Positions 33,428-47,861 of a stretch of DNA of 64,000 nucleotides are shown piece by piece. The notes beneath the pieces were generated by a model. That model did no database searches and was not told where the DNA came from. It saw only the letters and a program-made list of their open reading frames with translations. The position numbers and the translations under genes were made by a program. Source of the stretch: Asterias rubens (lineage: Eukaryota); NCBI RefSeq assembly GCF_902459465.1, contig NC_047080.1, positions 12,276,001-12,340,000 of the forward strand, written 5' to 3'. Each line of letters begins with the position of its first letter. Within the stretch, counting starts at the first letter, position 1.

Positions 33428-36400
33428 TTAAAGAAAGTCCGAGTTGGAAACATCAGCTCGTACGGTAGACAGCATTCTATGTGACGACCGATTTAGCTTG
33501 TCTGCAATCTTCAAAGCATCTTCAAGATCTATGGCTTCTTTCAAGCTGGAATTAAAGGCATGCTGCTGCGGAAAAAAGATCATTCATTCATGTCTTGGTT
33601 TTTTTTTTGGTCAAAAGCCCACACAAGTTCCTCTAGCGGGACAATAACATGTTATTACCTATCTATCTACATCATAGAAGTCTGCAACAATTTTAAGATG
33701 AATCTTCTTTTGAAAGACAAAAGCACAAGCATCTACATCAGATTCACATTAAACTTTACACCCTTTAAAGATAATGTGGGTAGAAAGCTTCCCTTAAAGT
33801 ATTGTTTGCTGAGGTGCTGTAAATTTTGAGAAATGAGTAAAACAATGTCACAAAACAACTTTCGTCTCAGTGAGACGAAAATTATTTTCGCATGTACTAC
33901 GAATTTACCGACTCTCCTGAAAACAGTGCTCTGTGATTTTAATTTTTCAATGAAGCTTAAACTTCTACAGGTTAAATATATTAGGGATCTAGTCATGGCC
34001 ATAAATTTGATCTTTAAAAGGTGCCCTTTCAATCTGCAAAGGGACGGTAAACAAAAAAAGAAAGAAGAAAACTTATTTGCTTACCTTAGACTCTCTTGAT
34101 TTCCTCTTAAATGATGAACCTTTGGAGCTACTTCCCCTTGGAGTCCTGTTTAGAGAAAAGAAACCCCTCAGATTTGTGAAGATTTGTGTCTATATCGTGA
34201 CAAACTCTGGGATGTGTTTTGGCGGTCGTAAGCAATAACTGTTTGGTCAGTGTAATATTGTCAGCGGTTAAGAGCATCAAATTCAAGTCCTGGTATTTAA
34301 GTCATCAGAGTTTGGGTTCGAATCCCAGTCAAGACACATGTGTCCTTCAGCAAGATACTGGGATCCAAGTTTTAGAAAGATATTGAAATGGTGACATGTC
34401 CACCTTTTAGTAGCCCCTGGGGTTTAGATTTCACAGAGATTTTAGGAACATATTCTCAGAACAAGAGAAGTAGATCAAAGAGTACGATTTCTTTACTTGT
34501 GGAAAAAATTACAGCTGATTTTCTTCACCAGATTGGCTTTGAAAAGCTGAAATTTCTCACCCCTGTATAATTGCTTCTCTCCACCCAGGAGTATAAGTGG
34601 GTAACTGCGAGGGTAGAGGTTGTTATTTTGTTTGAAAAAACCTTTGGAGCGCCACAGCAGCTCGGGGATGTACACTCCCCAGGGAGCTGAGACGGATTAA
34701 AAAAAGAATGTTATTGGCCCAATGATCAGGACACTAATGTAAAGCACAATAATACGGTTATTTTAAAATGCGCTGTATAAGAACTAATTATTATTATTAT
34801 TATGGAAGGTACCTTCTGAAGTAGTACTCTTCCTCCATTCCAGTACTATCTAGCTCTTCATCATCTAAGACATAGTACCTGCCTCGTCTCTTGGTGGGTG
34901 TGATGTATATGGTGGTGCCTCCTGCATCTTGAGGATCTCTGGGAAAATAATTCATTTGAGCTTGTTTACTTGAATACAATTCTTGCAGTTTTCTAGTTGT
35001 TATTTTCGTTTTTTTATTCTGGGTTAGTATTTCTCGGCAGACATCTCCCAATATATCCAACTTTGTTTTCTTCAACAATGCTGTCACTGGCCAACTGTTA
35101 ACTCATGACTTGTATCAAGTAAAAAACTACAAGGGAAACTGACTTGGGAAAATTATTTAATAATTTTGGATTGAACAAAGAAAAAATTGACCAGAGTGGG
35201 ATTCGAACCTGGAACCTCCAGATAAACTTGAAGGTGCTCTTTCAACTGAGCTATCTACACCGCTATATGTTGGCGGTCTCCCTATTTTGTCGATATCTTT
35301 GTGAGGGGGTGCTAGTCAGAAGCCATTCAGCCTGTACAACTGCCATATAGCCAGGGAACACACCAAAGTTTACGATACAACGTGTGAAGTGGCAGCATGC
35401 AGAGGGACCGCCTTCATAATACAGGGATCGCTTTTACTGTTAAAAAACTACTGATGTTGGATCTGTTTATAAAATAAACAAAATACGTACCTGGTGGGTT
35501 TCTGGGCAGACGTTTTTGTTTTCTTCTTTTCACTGGTGCTTTGTGATATTGTTGTTCCTGGCATACCAGCATAAACAGGAATGGTAACCAGTGGCACATT
35601 GCCCATTGGCGTGTAGACAGTGTGGACTTGAGCAGGGATTGGTGTGGATGCAGATTGCGCTGATGGAGCTTGGTGGGACTGAACTGAGGGTTGTTGGTTA
35701 GCCACCGATGGTTGCTGGCAAGCCACTGGCTGTTGCTGGTTAGCCACCGATGGTTGTGGGTAAGCCAGTGGCTGTTGCTGGTTAGCCAACGATGGTTGTG
35801 GGTAAGCCACTGGCTGTTGCTGGTTAGCCACCGATGGTTGCGGGTAAGCCACTGGCTGTTGCTGGTTAGCCACCGATGGTTGCGGGTAAGCCACTGACTG
35901 TTGCTGGTTAGCCACCAATGGTTGCTGGCTAGCTGCTTGTTGACTTGGTTGGGTGGGATTTGACATTGGCTGAGGGATGAATACTGGCTGTGGATTCAGT
36001 ACATATTGCTGATTAGGAACTGGTTGGTGATTATAAGGCGACTGCCTGGAGTGGGCCTGATGAGGAGGATTGACAGAACTAGCCTGTAACTGCGGAGGGA
36101 TATTGACGTTCTGGAATGACCGAACTGGAACTGAATTAACAACAGGTTGGGTTTGGAACTGGTTTGTCCCACTAGCATTCCTTTGTTCATATTGACCTAA
36201 CCTAGTTTGAGGAGGATCGGTCACTGAGGGTCCCACAAAATCACCTGGATAAGAATATTCCCCGTGAGTGTGAACGCCAGTCCCACTGCACATTGGGCAT
36301 GGCTCTGACCTGGAAGCAGAATGAGACCCTGGGGAAACTCTCATTGATGGGGAAGCAAAATGAGATGGGTGAAGAGATGGACGAGCCCAAGATGGGGACT

Positions 36401-39400
36401 CAGGGTATGAAGAAGTTTCAGGAATGTAGGATGGACTGCTCCGATACGGTGTGCTTTCAAACTGCGGTGGTGGGTTCCGTAAGCGGGGTCGGTAGGGGGA
36501 CCCTGTTGGTAGAGTTTGTTGAGTTGGTGTCCTAGGCTCAGGAAAGCTTCTTGGAATATATTGCTGCCTAAGAGTCTCTCTAAATATACTCCTTGGAGGT
36601 GGTAAAGAGTCGGTAACTATTCGGTCTTCAAAATCATCTTGACGAGATTCCTGACGAGGTTCCCGACGGGTCCTTCTCAAAGATTCCCTTGACAGAGGAG
36701 AATCATTAACCCCAAGGGGAGACTTATTCTGTTCATGAATCTGATCACGGAGGTGGGCAATCTCATTTTGCAATGCAGCAAGAATTTCTGACCGTCTTTC
36801 GCCAACATCGGAGCCGACAGAGTCTAACCTATCCTTCCTGACACTAGGCCGCCTAGGATATGTGTCTTTCACAAGGGGTCTTGTGGTCTTCTCAGGGGTG
36901 TTCATCTTTTCCATCTGACTCTTCATTCTTTCAATCTCCTCTTGAAGGTCCCTGATGGCTTCACTCTTTCCACTGCTTCTAGTGACATCAGACACTGAGT
37001 CGTAGACCCTGCGTGGTGGAAGGGGCACAGAGGGAATGTATGGCTGTCTTGAAATTGGTCTGCTCTTGATTGGATTAGAAACAGGATTCTCAAGTCTCAA
37101 GCGTGAGGTGCTTTGACTCTTTTTAGGTGATGCGTTTGAAGAAGGCTCTTGGTGTGACCCGTCCTGATAGTGAGTCCAAGCAGGGTGAGGATTCCTGAGG
37201 GTTTTATGTGGGGTTTCTCGCCTACGTGAGGGTCTCTCCAGATGTGGCTGCCTGTCTCTGGAGTTCTGATGACCTGGTTGCTGTTTGCGTTGTTGGATAC
37301 CTGATGAGTGAACTGGTGTGGGATTGGCTGCAGGACGTGGTTTTTGTTTCTCAGTTGATGACCTTCTGTTGGCCTGGGATGTACCTGTAATTAATTAGTT
37401 ACACATTTGTACAAACATTTACTCATCATTTTCTATAAAAAAGAGCCAACATTTGTCTTGCCAAAGAGATCCCCACTAACCTCCCCTTCCCATGTTTTTT
37501 TCCTTAACTTCATAAAATTGCAGGCCAAGTTTGGTTTCAATGTCTGGAAATGTCACCAGTCCCGATACTTCAGGGAGGCAATGAAGGCGATTGCCTCCAT
37601 GCCCCCTGGTCATTACCTTGGTGCCCATAAAGTGCTCCATATCCAAAAGTATCATTACTATTGGACTAAAACAAACGTGAGATAAACAATCCTAAGCAAG
37701 TGTTTCAACAGAAAACAAAACTAACTTCTTAAAAGAGGAGTCTTGTCCGTTGATTTCTTCACAGCTCTACTTGAACGGAGACTTTCCTCTTCTATTTCTT
37801 CATCCCTTTCACTGATGTCGTAGTCTGAGAACTGCGGACTCTCCCAGTCTCCACCTGGTAACCTCCGGATGACCTGTGGTGGTGACCTCTGACCCAGGGG
37901 TAACTTGCTTGACCTCAGACTTTGCCTGACACTTAAATGAAAACACATTAAGGTCATTTCATGGTTTGGTCTACATATTAAACTATAAATATTTTCTAAT
38001 CTAAATTTTATGTTGACATCACGGTATCAATTTTAAAAGGTGACTTGCACAAAATGGCCTTCAAAACTATGTTTGATATTAAGTCTAGCTTTGAATATCT
38101 CGAGCCATGACATTATAACATGTATAAAGTCACATTTTGAACTGTTTTAGACTTTGTTTTCAAGAGTACCATGAATGAAGGAATATTGAGCGAGTTTCTC
38201 TCACCTTTCTCTGGGCTTTCTGAGCTGGTTCCTGCCATCGTATCCAGCACCACCATTCTGATTGGATTGTCGGCTGCTCTCCGACCCCATAAATCCACTG
38301 TCTGCTTCTGGTGACATGAAACCATTCTCTGGCAGTTTCTGTCTGGATCCATCTCCTCTAGTGGTGTGCTCAGACTGTCCAAGAGGGTCATGTTGGAAGT
38401 CTGAGGGTCCATGGTTCTCGTTCCTCAGGCTGGGCTTTCTGATGGTGATGGGGTCTTTACCAAAGTTCTTGTCGGTAGTGTTGGTGAGTGACTTTGGTCT
38501 TGGAAGTTGACTCTACGGAAGTGATAACACAAAAGAAGTTGCTTCAGAGGAAAAATAACGGGCAAAATACTTCTGCAATGGCGGTATTAAAAAAACGGCG
38601 TTTGAGTTTCTGTGCGTATTTGGCTGTAGTGGTGTTAGCACACCAAATGGGTCAAGCACTGTGGCGAATTGTGGGTTTCACTGAGCCCCTGTGGTAATGG
38701 TTTGGTAATTGGTCTGATTGCAGAAATACAAAAAAAAAAAAACCCAATTATGATCCTCTGTCAATGAGATTTATAGGTCTAAAGTCTGTATTTAAGCGTT
38801 TCATTGACAAAACAATTTAAACTGGCTAAAAAAAGTTGCTTTTTGAATGAAAATTACTGAAAATAATCCCACACGGGAAAGGATGTTTTATCCTGAGGCA
38901 AACTGGATTAGCCTCTGCTGGAAAACGCATCAATCTTTCTATACCTGTCTTGAGTGCCTCTTTCCACCTGAAACATCTCCTGGCGTATTTCTTCTGGAAT
39001 TTCTGTCATCTCCTGAAAAAAAGAAATCGTCAAATTACTTTAGTACAAAGGATGGGGGCTTCTTCTGTTACAGTTCAATATTTAGCCAAAGAATCCATAA
39101 TAAAGACTTGGCCATGAAATGTCCAAACTTGACCAACCTGTGGCGTGGGGTTGTCTGGTGGGTTGCGGTGGTGAAAACAGTGATGGGGCACCATGGTGAC
39201 TATCCTGTGATGCTTGTGGTGAGTTGCTAGAATAACCACTGTGGTGAGATTGATCGGTCTCCTCACGTTCTACACCTGGGTATAATAATAGGCAATTAAT
39301 AAAACAAAAAAAATTGCAAATTCTAACCAACTTCTTGAATTTTACTCAAAAAATTTTACTTGGCAAAATGTCCGACCTTAGCACCCTCCTTTTACAAAAT

Positions 39401-42400
39401 GTTTTGCTTGCTTAGATTCAGTGCATTGTCTTTGAATACCTTGTGTCTGTAAGTAAGACACTTAACCATGATTGCTTCATAAAGTTGGGGAGGTAGTGCT
39501 TTATGCTCTACCAGCTAGACTTGGATGATACCCCAGCCTACATCCGTATGGACTGAAAAGGTGGCAACCCTGTTTCCATCTCATATTTCAAACACAGCTC
39601 CACAAACCTTGTGATAAAACAATGAGCGCATCGAGACCTGCCTCTGGTGTGAGGAAGCACCCAAAAGGTGTTCTCGTCTCTTATGGCTTCCCGCCGGTTT
39701 GAGAGAAGCGATCTCGTTGCTTGTATTCAAAAGCCTCCTTAAGACATTTCTGTTCCCCAACCAATCCTAGTTCGTTTGTTTTCTTTTTGTCATTTATAGC
39801 GCTATATAAATGCTTCGTATTATTATTATTATTAATAGCTAGACTGTAAAGTGAATTGTCTAATACCATCTTGTTGATCTTGATCTTGATCTTCATGACT
39901 GCTCCTCTCCTCAATGTGTCTGCAGAGAACAAATTAAAGCCAGGGAGAAACTTCATTCCTAATAACTTTCTTGGACATTGTCTCCAAACCTTGTCCCTAC
40001 CTTGGGATCAGAATGAACGCACGAGTTCATGTACCATGCCAACCTAAACATCTTAAACAGAATGAGAAGCATTCCCTTTTCTAAAACCTTCCCAATGCCC
40101 CCAAACAATAACATAAAAAAAACAAATAATAATAAACAATTGTGAACAAAACCCTAATGCACTGCTAATAGCCCAACATGTATCTTGCTAGCAAAGTAGA
40201 ATTTGAAACTTTGCACAGTGGGAGTATAATTAGGTGAGGTTTGCGATAATACCTTGTCAACCAACGGTTCTTTTCAGAAGCAACACTACTCAAAAGAGAG
40301 ATGTTCACTTAATGTTACCGTAAACCCAACTTTATTGTGGTAGTTGTAAACAAAGTCTTAAAAGGGGAAACTGCATGGCACATAAACCTCTAAATAAAAT
40401 GTTTATTCAGGTTTTTTTCATGGCACTAAAATTTAAGAAAAAAAACACAAGCAAGTCAGCCGGTCAACATATAGAAGTTGAATGCCGGTAAAAGTCTGAA
40501 CTAAATTGATTCAAATTTGAGTCAGAACTGTCAACATTATTATAGAACTAATGTAGAACACTATTTCCTAAACATTGTTTATAAACATCTTCTCAAATTG
40601 GACATGTAATTTCAATCGCAAAAAAATACATTAAAGCAAATTCACCATACTTCAAAAAAGAACTAACCTGGAGTTCTTTTGAAACTGCCGCTCCAGTTCT
40701 CGCTCCAGTTCTTGGCGAAGTCGCTCCTCTAATTCTCTGCTTTCATTGCTTGATTCCTGAGATTGTTGTCGGTGGGGCGGGGAGATCGTTGGCGGCGGGT
40801 TATTACGTAGGTTATTCTATCAACAGCAAAATTCAAGAATAATTTTAAAGGTCAAACTATTCTGGCGCATTAGTATTTTTTTCAATTTAATAGGCAATCA
40901 CATTAAAATTTGAGGTGACATCATGATGATGTCATCATAGCCTCGTTGATGTCACCTTGAAGGTACAATCTCCATAAAATATAAGATTTTATGTTTTCTA
41001 CCATTGAGCTGTGTTCAAGTCGCGCCTGCCAACATAGGGCTAAATAGCTAAGTTGGTGGAGCGCCTGCATGTTAATACAGAGGTTTCATATCCCACTCTA
41101 GTCAATTTGTTTTTAGTTCAAACCCAAAATCTTTCAACATTTTACCCAGTCAGTCTCCCAAATAATTACATGTGTGAATATAAATCAGCTATAAATTGAG
41201 CTCAAATTTTCACAGGTTCGTTATTTTGTGCATATGTTGAGATACACCAAGTGAGAAGACTGGTCTTTGACAATTACCAAAGGTGTCCAGTTTCTTTAAA
41301 GTACACAAGCTTGTTTTGTTGCATTGTAAAGGAACATTACAGAATTGGTTTTTGCTAACATAAATCTGTGGACATTGTGTTTTTGTCCTACAAATATACA
41401 TATACCCTTTAAGCATTTCAAAAATATTGTATATGACATCATAACTACATCAACGTGGAAGCGTACATTTCAATCAAGTTTGCCCTTCTGAAAATTATGA
41501 ATCAGGAGATGTTTTTCAGGAATGTTTTGGCTTGACGATGATGAGAAGGTTTTTGTTTTCAGTAAGAAAACAATAAGGCACTCTTAGGTCCATTCTAAAT
41601 AAAAGCTCAAAATAAAATACTCAGCTTTTGCTCCTAATCCAAGTAAAACCAGTGGAAACAGGCAGTCACATGTTGAATATATTACCAACTAAATATTGAT
41701 TCCATAAAATCCTAAAAGGAACTCTTAAACTACACCTTGTAGTTCTATTTTCTACTTTTACACACAAACTCACCTGAACTATTTCTGCAACATCCTCCAG
41801 TTTCATACCAAGTTGAAAGATTTCACCCTCTATGGCTCTGTCTGGGTCAAAGGTCATGTCCCCTCCTCCACTCAGCAGGCTGTTCCTACGACGGAAGGCG
41901 TTGTGTTCCTCCTTAGCATGCATGTATTCTGCTTCTAGCTTCCCCTGATCAGACTTGAGGCGGTCCAAGACGTTTTTCTGCTCAGAAGGTTCGATCTGAT
42001 TGCCTTGGAGTAACATTCCAAAGGAGTCGACCTGTGATGCGAAGACATTCAAACAAATCCAGACAACGTGTTAGTAAGAAGACAAGCTTTGAGAAATAAA
42101 CAACAAAGATAAAGTTGGATTGTGTAACATGGGCCTCCACGGAAAGTGCGTGCTGGCTGTTGATCAGAGTGCACTAGACTCAAGCTCTAATATTTCTGAT
42201 CAGCAGAGTGTGTGAGTTTGAGTCCTGGTCACGACACTCGTGCCCTTGTGCAAAACACGTCACCATTACTGCTGTGACCTTTGGATGGGTCGTAAAGCCT
42301 AAGGTCCCATGTGTTGTGTAACGCATGTAATTAAAACAACCCAGCCGTCGATTTCACAAAACTTTTCCTAACTTAAGACTTATCTTAGGACTTAGGACGA

Positions 42401-44822
42401 GTCCCAACCCTGCACTGTAGCATGCAGACCTTAAGAGTTACTCATCTTAACTCGAGATAAGACGAGTCCTAATTCTTTGTGAAATCGATCCATGTACACT
42501 TATTGTTTAGATAATTAGAGCACAAGGGCTGACCCTACATGTAAACATGGTAAAGGCTTTCAGGCTATTTTTTTGTCCAAGGGAAAAACAATCAGGATTA
42601 AATTTCATAATAATAAACTTACGCTTACCAGAATAAGGTTACCAGTCGAACTACAATGTCACAAGTACAACTTGTGACTGGTATCCTGCACATTTCTGCT
42701 CAGCAGAAAGTTGTTAAGCAATATTCTCTGCCTAAACAGCTCTATGAAATTGGGGCCTGAAATCAGACTGAAGTAGGAACAATACCTGTTCTTGAAGGCC
42801 TTTTGCTTGGAAGGCTAATGCCATAAGTACACCTTCCTCTGCTGGGAACCCATTCTCGTCTCTTTCTGGTTTCTCCAATGGTCTGGTACCTGAAGGCCCT
42901 ATGTTGTTATTGTTTATCTGGATACCCATGGTAGAGTGGCCAGTCTGGATGGTTTGTGGCCCTCCTAATGGACCCCCTGAGGTGTGAGAACTGGAAGAGG
43001 AAATAATAAGGAAAGGAAGATAAATTACCGTATCAGATGGCGACTTTTTTTTAAAGCAATTTTAAATTTTCTGTCTTCATTTGTGCCTTATGTAATTTTA
43101 CTGGTTTTCCTTTTTTTATCTGCATTTTGTAGTGTTTTTGCACGTTATATATAGTGACAGCCTAATTATTATTTTGCGTAATTACCAATAGTGTCCACTG
43201 CCTTTAATGGGTCCAAATGACTTGCACAGTGTATATCCAGCATATATTCCCTACTCTAGACATTATGAAGATAAATGATAAGGCATTTCAAGTACATGTA
43301 CTAACCTGGAGGACATGATGTGGTGGATAGTAGCCTGCTGTGGTTGGTTGAAATTGACCATACCAGGCTTCTGAACAGGTGAGAATGATCCTTGTAAGCT
43401 TTGTCCTGGTGCTGGACCATCCGAGTATAGACTGACTTTTGCTCCCAGCTTTAACTGATCTATTGTGTTCTCGGCCTGAGCATATTTACCAAGTAAATCG
43501 TCGTAATTTTTCTGGAGCTGGCCAACAAGCTCATCTGCATGTCGTCGAGTTCTTGACTCCTCTTGCAACCTTAGCGACAGGTCAAACTTGGACGGATCGG
43601 AAGATAAACTAATGTTTACACTGCTGGCATTGGAGTCTCTGCGAAGATTAAGTCTCGGAACACCGTTGGGTCTCTTACTGCTACTAGAGTTTTTGTGATT
43701 TCTAGTATCAGTGCCATTTGAGTGTTGACTGCTTGAGCGATCAGTAAGGTCCTCTGATCTTTGGGAATACCTTGGAGACCTGTGGCTTCTTTGAGAACTG
43801 GTACCAGAGACACGTGGAGAGTTCCTGGTTGATGAGCGAGCTGATCTAGGAATACTCGCACTCAAAGACCCCTTAGGAGTCCCCTTGTGCTCCGCCGCCT
43901 CAACCTCGTTGGTTTTAGGGGTGGATCGTTTGAGAGGCTTCGTGGCTGGTCTTGGTAGGCGGTTCCTATTGACTGCATTTGGGACAAACTGACCAAGACT
44001 CATGCTTGCAGAATCACTGTCTTTACCATCAGTGGGATCAACACTATAACTCTCTTCAGCTGCGCCTGCTTGGAGGTTTTCATGAAAGCCATTAGCAGTT
44101 ACTACAGTCTTGTTAAGTTCCATGGATGTCCCCTCAGAGAGAATGTCTGATTCTACCGAGGACCTCCTATCATTTTCAAAACCACTTGCCATCCTCCTAT
44201 GGTCAACATCCTCCAACTTCGTAAAAATTTCAGCTGCTTTTTCGTGTTGATACGATTGCTCTAGAGGGTAACCCTCTAAGTAGTGCTCGTCGTTATTGTT
44301 TTTGTAAAAATGCTCAGGATGATTGAAAACGTCATCTGAGTACCCGAAAGATCCGTCGTTAAGTCCGTCTGATGCATAGTTAAGGTCCACTACAGAGGTA
44401 TCGGCCCTTGGGGTGGCCTGCATGTACATCTGTAAAAGCCCAGTGGAAGACCCATTCCCAAGATGCTGCCCATCTTCAGAGAAGTCATCCTCGCTTGGTA
44501 AGTTGCTGCCGGAGTCATACTGCCCTCTGTGGTTCAGTAATTCGCTATCGTTCAGAAGGCCACTTGTTTCATGCTCTCCGTCAAGCTGTAGGATTTCCCC
44601 AAGAGACTCGTTAGTAAGATAGTCCCCCAGGAGGATGCCATGGTTCTCGTCTTGGGAGAGCATACTCAGGTTGGGCGGCTGGAGCCCTGAGAAGGCATCC
44701 AAGGGAAGATCAGGATCATCTCCCTCAAAAGACTGGCTGCTCATCATGCCTTCCAGGTCCTCAAAGGAGGCTGTGTTACCAACGTGGCTCCCAGCATCAT
44801 CATCGTGGCCACGACCATTCAT
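33428..44822 (-). CDS. AKNA: Microtubule organization protein AKNA (about 1704 aa, 13 coding exons)
   Basis: Phase-consistent exons 44822-43306, 42990-42786, 42031-41774, 40816-40668, 39919-39867, 39275-39138, 39012-38945, 38512-38205, 37925-37726, 37384-35491, 34938-34813, 34145-34085, 33565-33428 (TAA). AKNA signatures: QLQKNYDDLLGKYAQAENTIDQLKLGAKVSLYSD, FDPDRAIEGEIFQLGMKLEDV, SPEADSGFMGSESSR and the C-terminal helix LEDALKIADKLNRSSHRMLSTVRADV. The start codon and one acceptor (34938 vs 35094) are less certain. Confidence 0.9.
35140..35400 (-). mobile_element. tRNA-derived SINE (family 2)
   Basis: Reverse complement contains tagctcagttgaaagagcacc...ggttcgaatcccactctggtcaattttt. Related pieces near 9480-9630, 12715-12760, 22140-22320, 41030-41160 and 62160-62230. 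Confidence 0.65.
35688..35925 (-). repeat. Coding minisatellite of about 6 x 39 bp in AKNA (QQQPVAYPQPSVAN-type 13-mer)
   Basis: Direct repeats ctggttagccaccgatggttg...gccactggctgttg inside the 37384-35491 exon; visible in the ORF-track translation. Confidence 0.93.
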
Positions 44823-46641
44823 AATACCAATACTGATCGTTCATTACGTTTCAATCAAATATAAAATAAATTTTTACATATAAAAGATTCCTTTAAGCTT
44901 TGTAACTTTTGTTCCTAAAAGGCACTCTAATATAGTTCGGTGGTGAGTTTTGTTCGGCTGCTCCATGAAATGTTGTTCAATATATGGCTGTTTTATTCTT
45001 GCATTTTCTTCAATTTGTGGTGATCTGGCTCATCTCTTTATAAACTGAAGAAGAAGAAAAGAAATAGCAACTTTCAAAATTATGCATAATTTATATTTTT
45101 TTTGCAAAGTCACTTTTGGAAAATGGGCACCAATGTTGAAACCGAGTTTTGGGGACAAGTGCCGCATCTGGCTTTGCATTCTACCAAACAAAACAAGGTT
45201 AGATCAAAGCAAGGTTTTATTTCATCCTGCTGTTTTATGAGCGACATTTGGGCATGTTTCTGAGAAATTTTAGTTTAGTTTTTGTGCAAGACCATGTTAA
45301 CAAAAACAACTGTACATGTGTCTCTTCTACATGTATTATGATCGCTGATTCTAACTGCTTTTAAACACACTCACACAAATTAAACAAATTGTTTGGGGGT
45401 TTACAATTTAGAATCAAAAATTTTAAGATCATAAACACAGGTTCAAAGTTTACTTGGGAAAATAATATAAGAAAAGTTTCTAAAGCTTTATGATAATTTT
45501 TAAATTTTTTGTATTCAACAAGTTTTGAATATTATCAGTGCAATTAAATGATTTTAAAACTGAAACACTAGACCATTTGTATAAAGCCACCTCAATGTGT
45601 TTGCATATTATGCAAAATATGCTAATAGCTTTTAATTTAAGTTATGCTGTCTAGCACCCACTGGTAAATAACTCAAGTATCTGGCTGCCGGCATCGAATT
45701 TCCGAACAGATGGTGTTGCCAGAGCAGAGTTTTACGATCCTGGGGTTATCATTGTGTGATACCTGTACATGACATTTAGATGAGCTTGAATAGGAAAACA
45801 GGAAAAAACAGTCAAACACTTCACATAGTCAATACTGCTTTCTGTTTTAAACATTTATGTAGAAGTTGTTAGCCTGTGTACTGTACAATAAGATAGAGGG
45901 TGACTCAACGCTAGTATTAATAGTTTGTTTCCATACAACCTTTGACAGCAGAATGATTTCTAACAACATCAAGCGAGATTGGACATGCTAATAATTTGAC
46001 CTGTAAATGGGACCAGCGTTTGGTGATTTTGTTCACTGGTTAGTTAAAGGTAACTACTTTGTACAAGTCACATGTCACAGCTACTACTGACACAACAAGC
46101 TCATCTGCAAGGCTAAATCGGTATCAAGGCATGACCAGGCAGAAATGATTTTAATGGGAGCAAATAGCTTGCAAAGAAGTGAACAATTGTAAAACTTGTA
46201 CACAGCAGGAAACAGTAACATTGGCAAGAGCCACAACAACAAATTACTGAGGAGATAACATTAAACAAATCAGAACTGCTGTGTACTTTCAATCAAAAAT
46301 ACCCTCAGTGGCCCAGTAAACCAATTCTCTGCCGTCATTTGCAGACAAGTTTTTCAGTCTGGCAATACAGCAGCTTCAAAATCCATGAGCAATTTTTTAA
46401 TTTTATTTTTTGGAAAGTTACCCCTCCCTAACAATAACCTATAAGGCCAAGCAAGGTTAGGACTTAAGAACAGAGTGGGGAAGGGAAAAGGAAGCAAAAA
46501 GCCAAGAACTTTGTTTATTAAGAATTATGAGACTGAATCAAGAACAATGGAATATGTCATCACAACATGATACAAAGGTTTTAACAATGGCTCATACTGT
46601 AATATTTACCAAATTACATTTCTTTCTTGTCTCTAACTTAC

Positions 46642-46994
46642 ATTCTTCTTATCTTGTTAATCCTTGTTGTTCCTGCTGCACATGCCTTCATTGTCTCTAA
46701 CTTGCTGCTTGCATTCCTCTGGTCCTGTCAGTTCAGCTTGCCCAACAATGCACATCCATGACCCCCTTATTCACTTCCTTCCTGATTGCATGATTGGAGT
46801 GAATGTAATCTCCACAGCAGAGTCACAGTGTCAGACAACTTGGCATGGAAAGAAACCTCACTGAACGTCCCTCATGATCCATGGGTTATTGACTGTTTGG
46901 GAACTGTTTGTATGTCTTGAGAAAAATGCTGTTCAATGTGGCGATAAAACTAAAGGATGATCACCACATCACGACATGATGAAAAACTTCATTC
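46642..46994 (-). other. Putative upstream (largely 5' UTR) exon of AKNA
   Basis: Strong acceptor ttctttctctttgcag and donor AAT|gtaagt on the minus strand, 1.8 kb upstream of the first long AKNA coding exon, which has its own acceptor at 44832. No transcript evidence available. Confidence 0.5.
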
Positions 46995-47861
46995 CTGCAA
47001 AGAGAAAGAACTGCAAATTATAACATTTCACACAAAGAGGTTTTGTGGGTTTTTTTCTTCTTGAAATGGAGATTTTAACTTTTTCCCCAAACAACTTCCT
47101 TTATGCGCGATTATTTTCAAGAGAATTAACCAAATGAAACGAAGTCAATGCAAGCTTAGAGACATTGAATGCAAATAATTTAGTTTAAACCAGCCCCATA
47201 TAAAAAAAAAAGCTCACTCGTCAACATTTCTGTCTATAACATAATATAATAACAGTCAATGCAACGCCAGGGCCCAATTTCATATAAAGCAGAAAATATT
47301 ACTTTAAATGCTACATGTATTAGCAGAAATGAGCAGGATACCAGTCGCAAAATTGCACATGTGACATGGTACTTTGGCTGGTAACATAATTCCGGTAAGC
47401 ACAAATTTCTTCTGCTTAGCTACTTCTTGTGTTTAAGCCACTCTATAGAATAAGACCCAGGTTGCAGTTGATAACCAAACTTGCTGACTTCCTCTTTCCA
47501 AAGACTGGGATATATCACACAGGCATTCCTATCTTTAGTGGATACATCCTATAAATAACCAGTGCTTCACCATCCATTGATATCCTGAGTACAGTGTAGT
47601 CTCAATACTTGAACCATTTTGACCTCTAAGCTCAACTGACCCATTCTACAACTGAGGCAGTGAGGACTGCTGAGGTAATGCAATTTTGAACGAACAGCAA
47701 GATGTCAACATGGACTTTGGTTTCTACACCATATGGACAACACTGTATAAAGTGTAATACATTGGTTCCATAAGATTGATTTCACAGGCAACAAATCTCA
47801 TTATATTCCACTGGCTGAAAAAAGCAAATTAATGGAACAGACAGGTCAGCAATAACAGGGA

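Noticed and set aside
34939-35094. Longer version of the AKNA exon using the acceptor at 35094
   Set aside because: It is frame-compatible, but the acceptor at 34938 has a better pyrimidine tract and the extra segment looks intronic. It remains a possible alternative.
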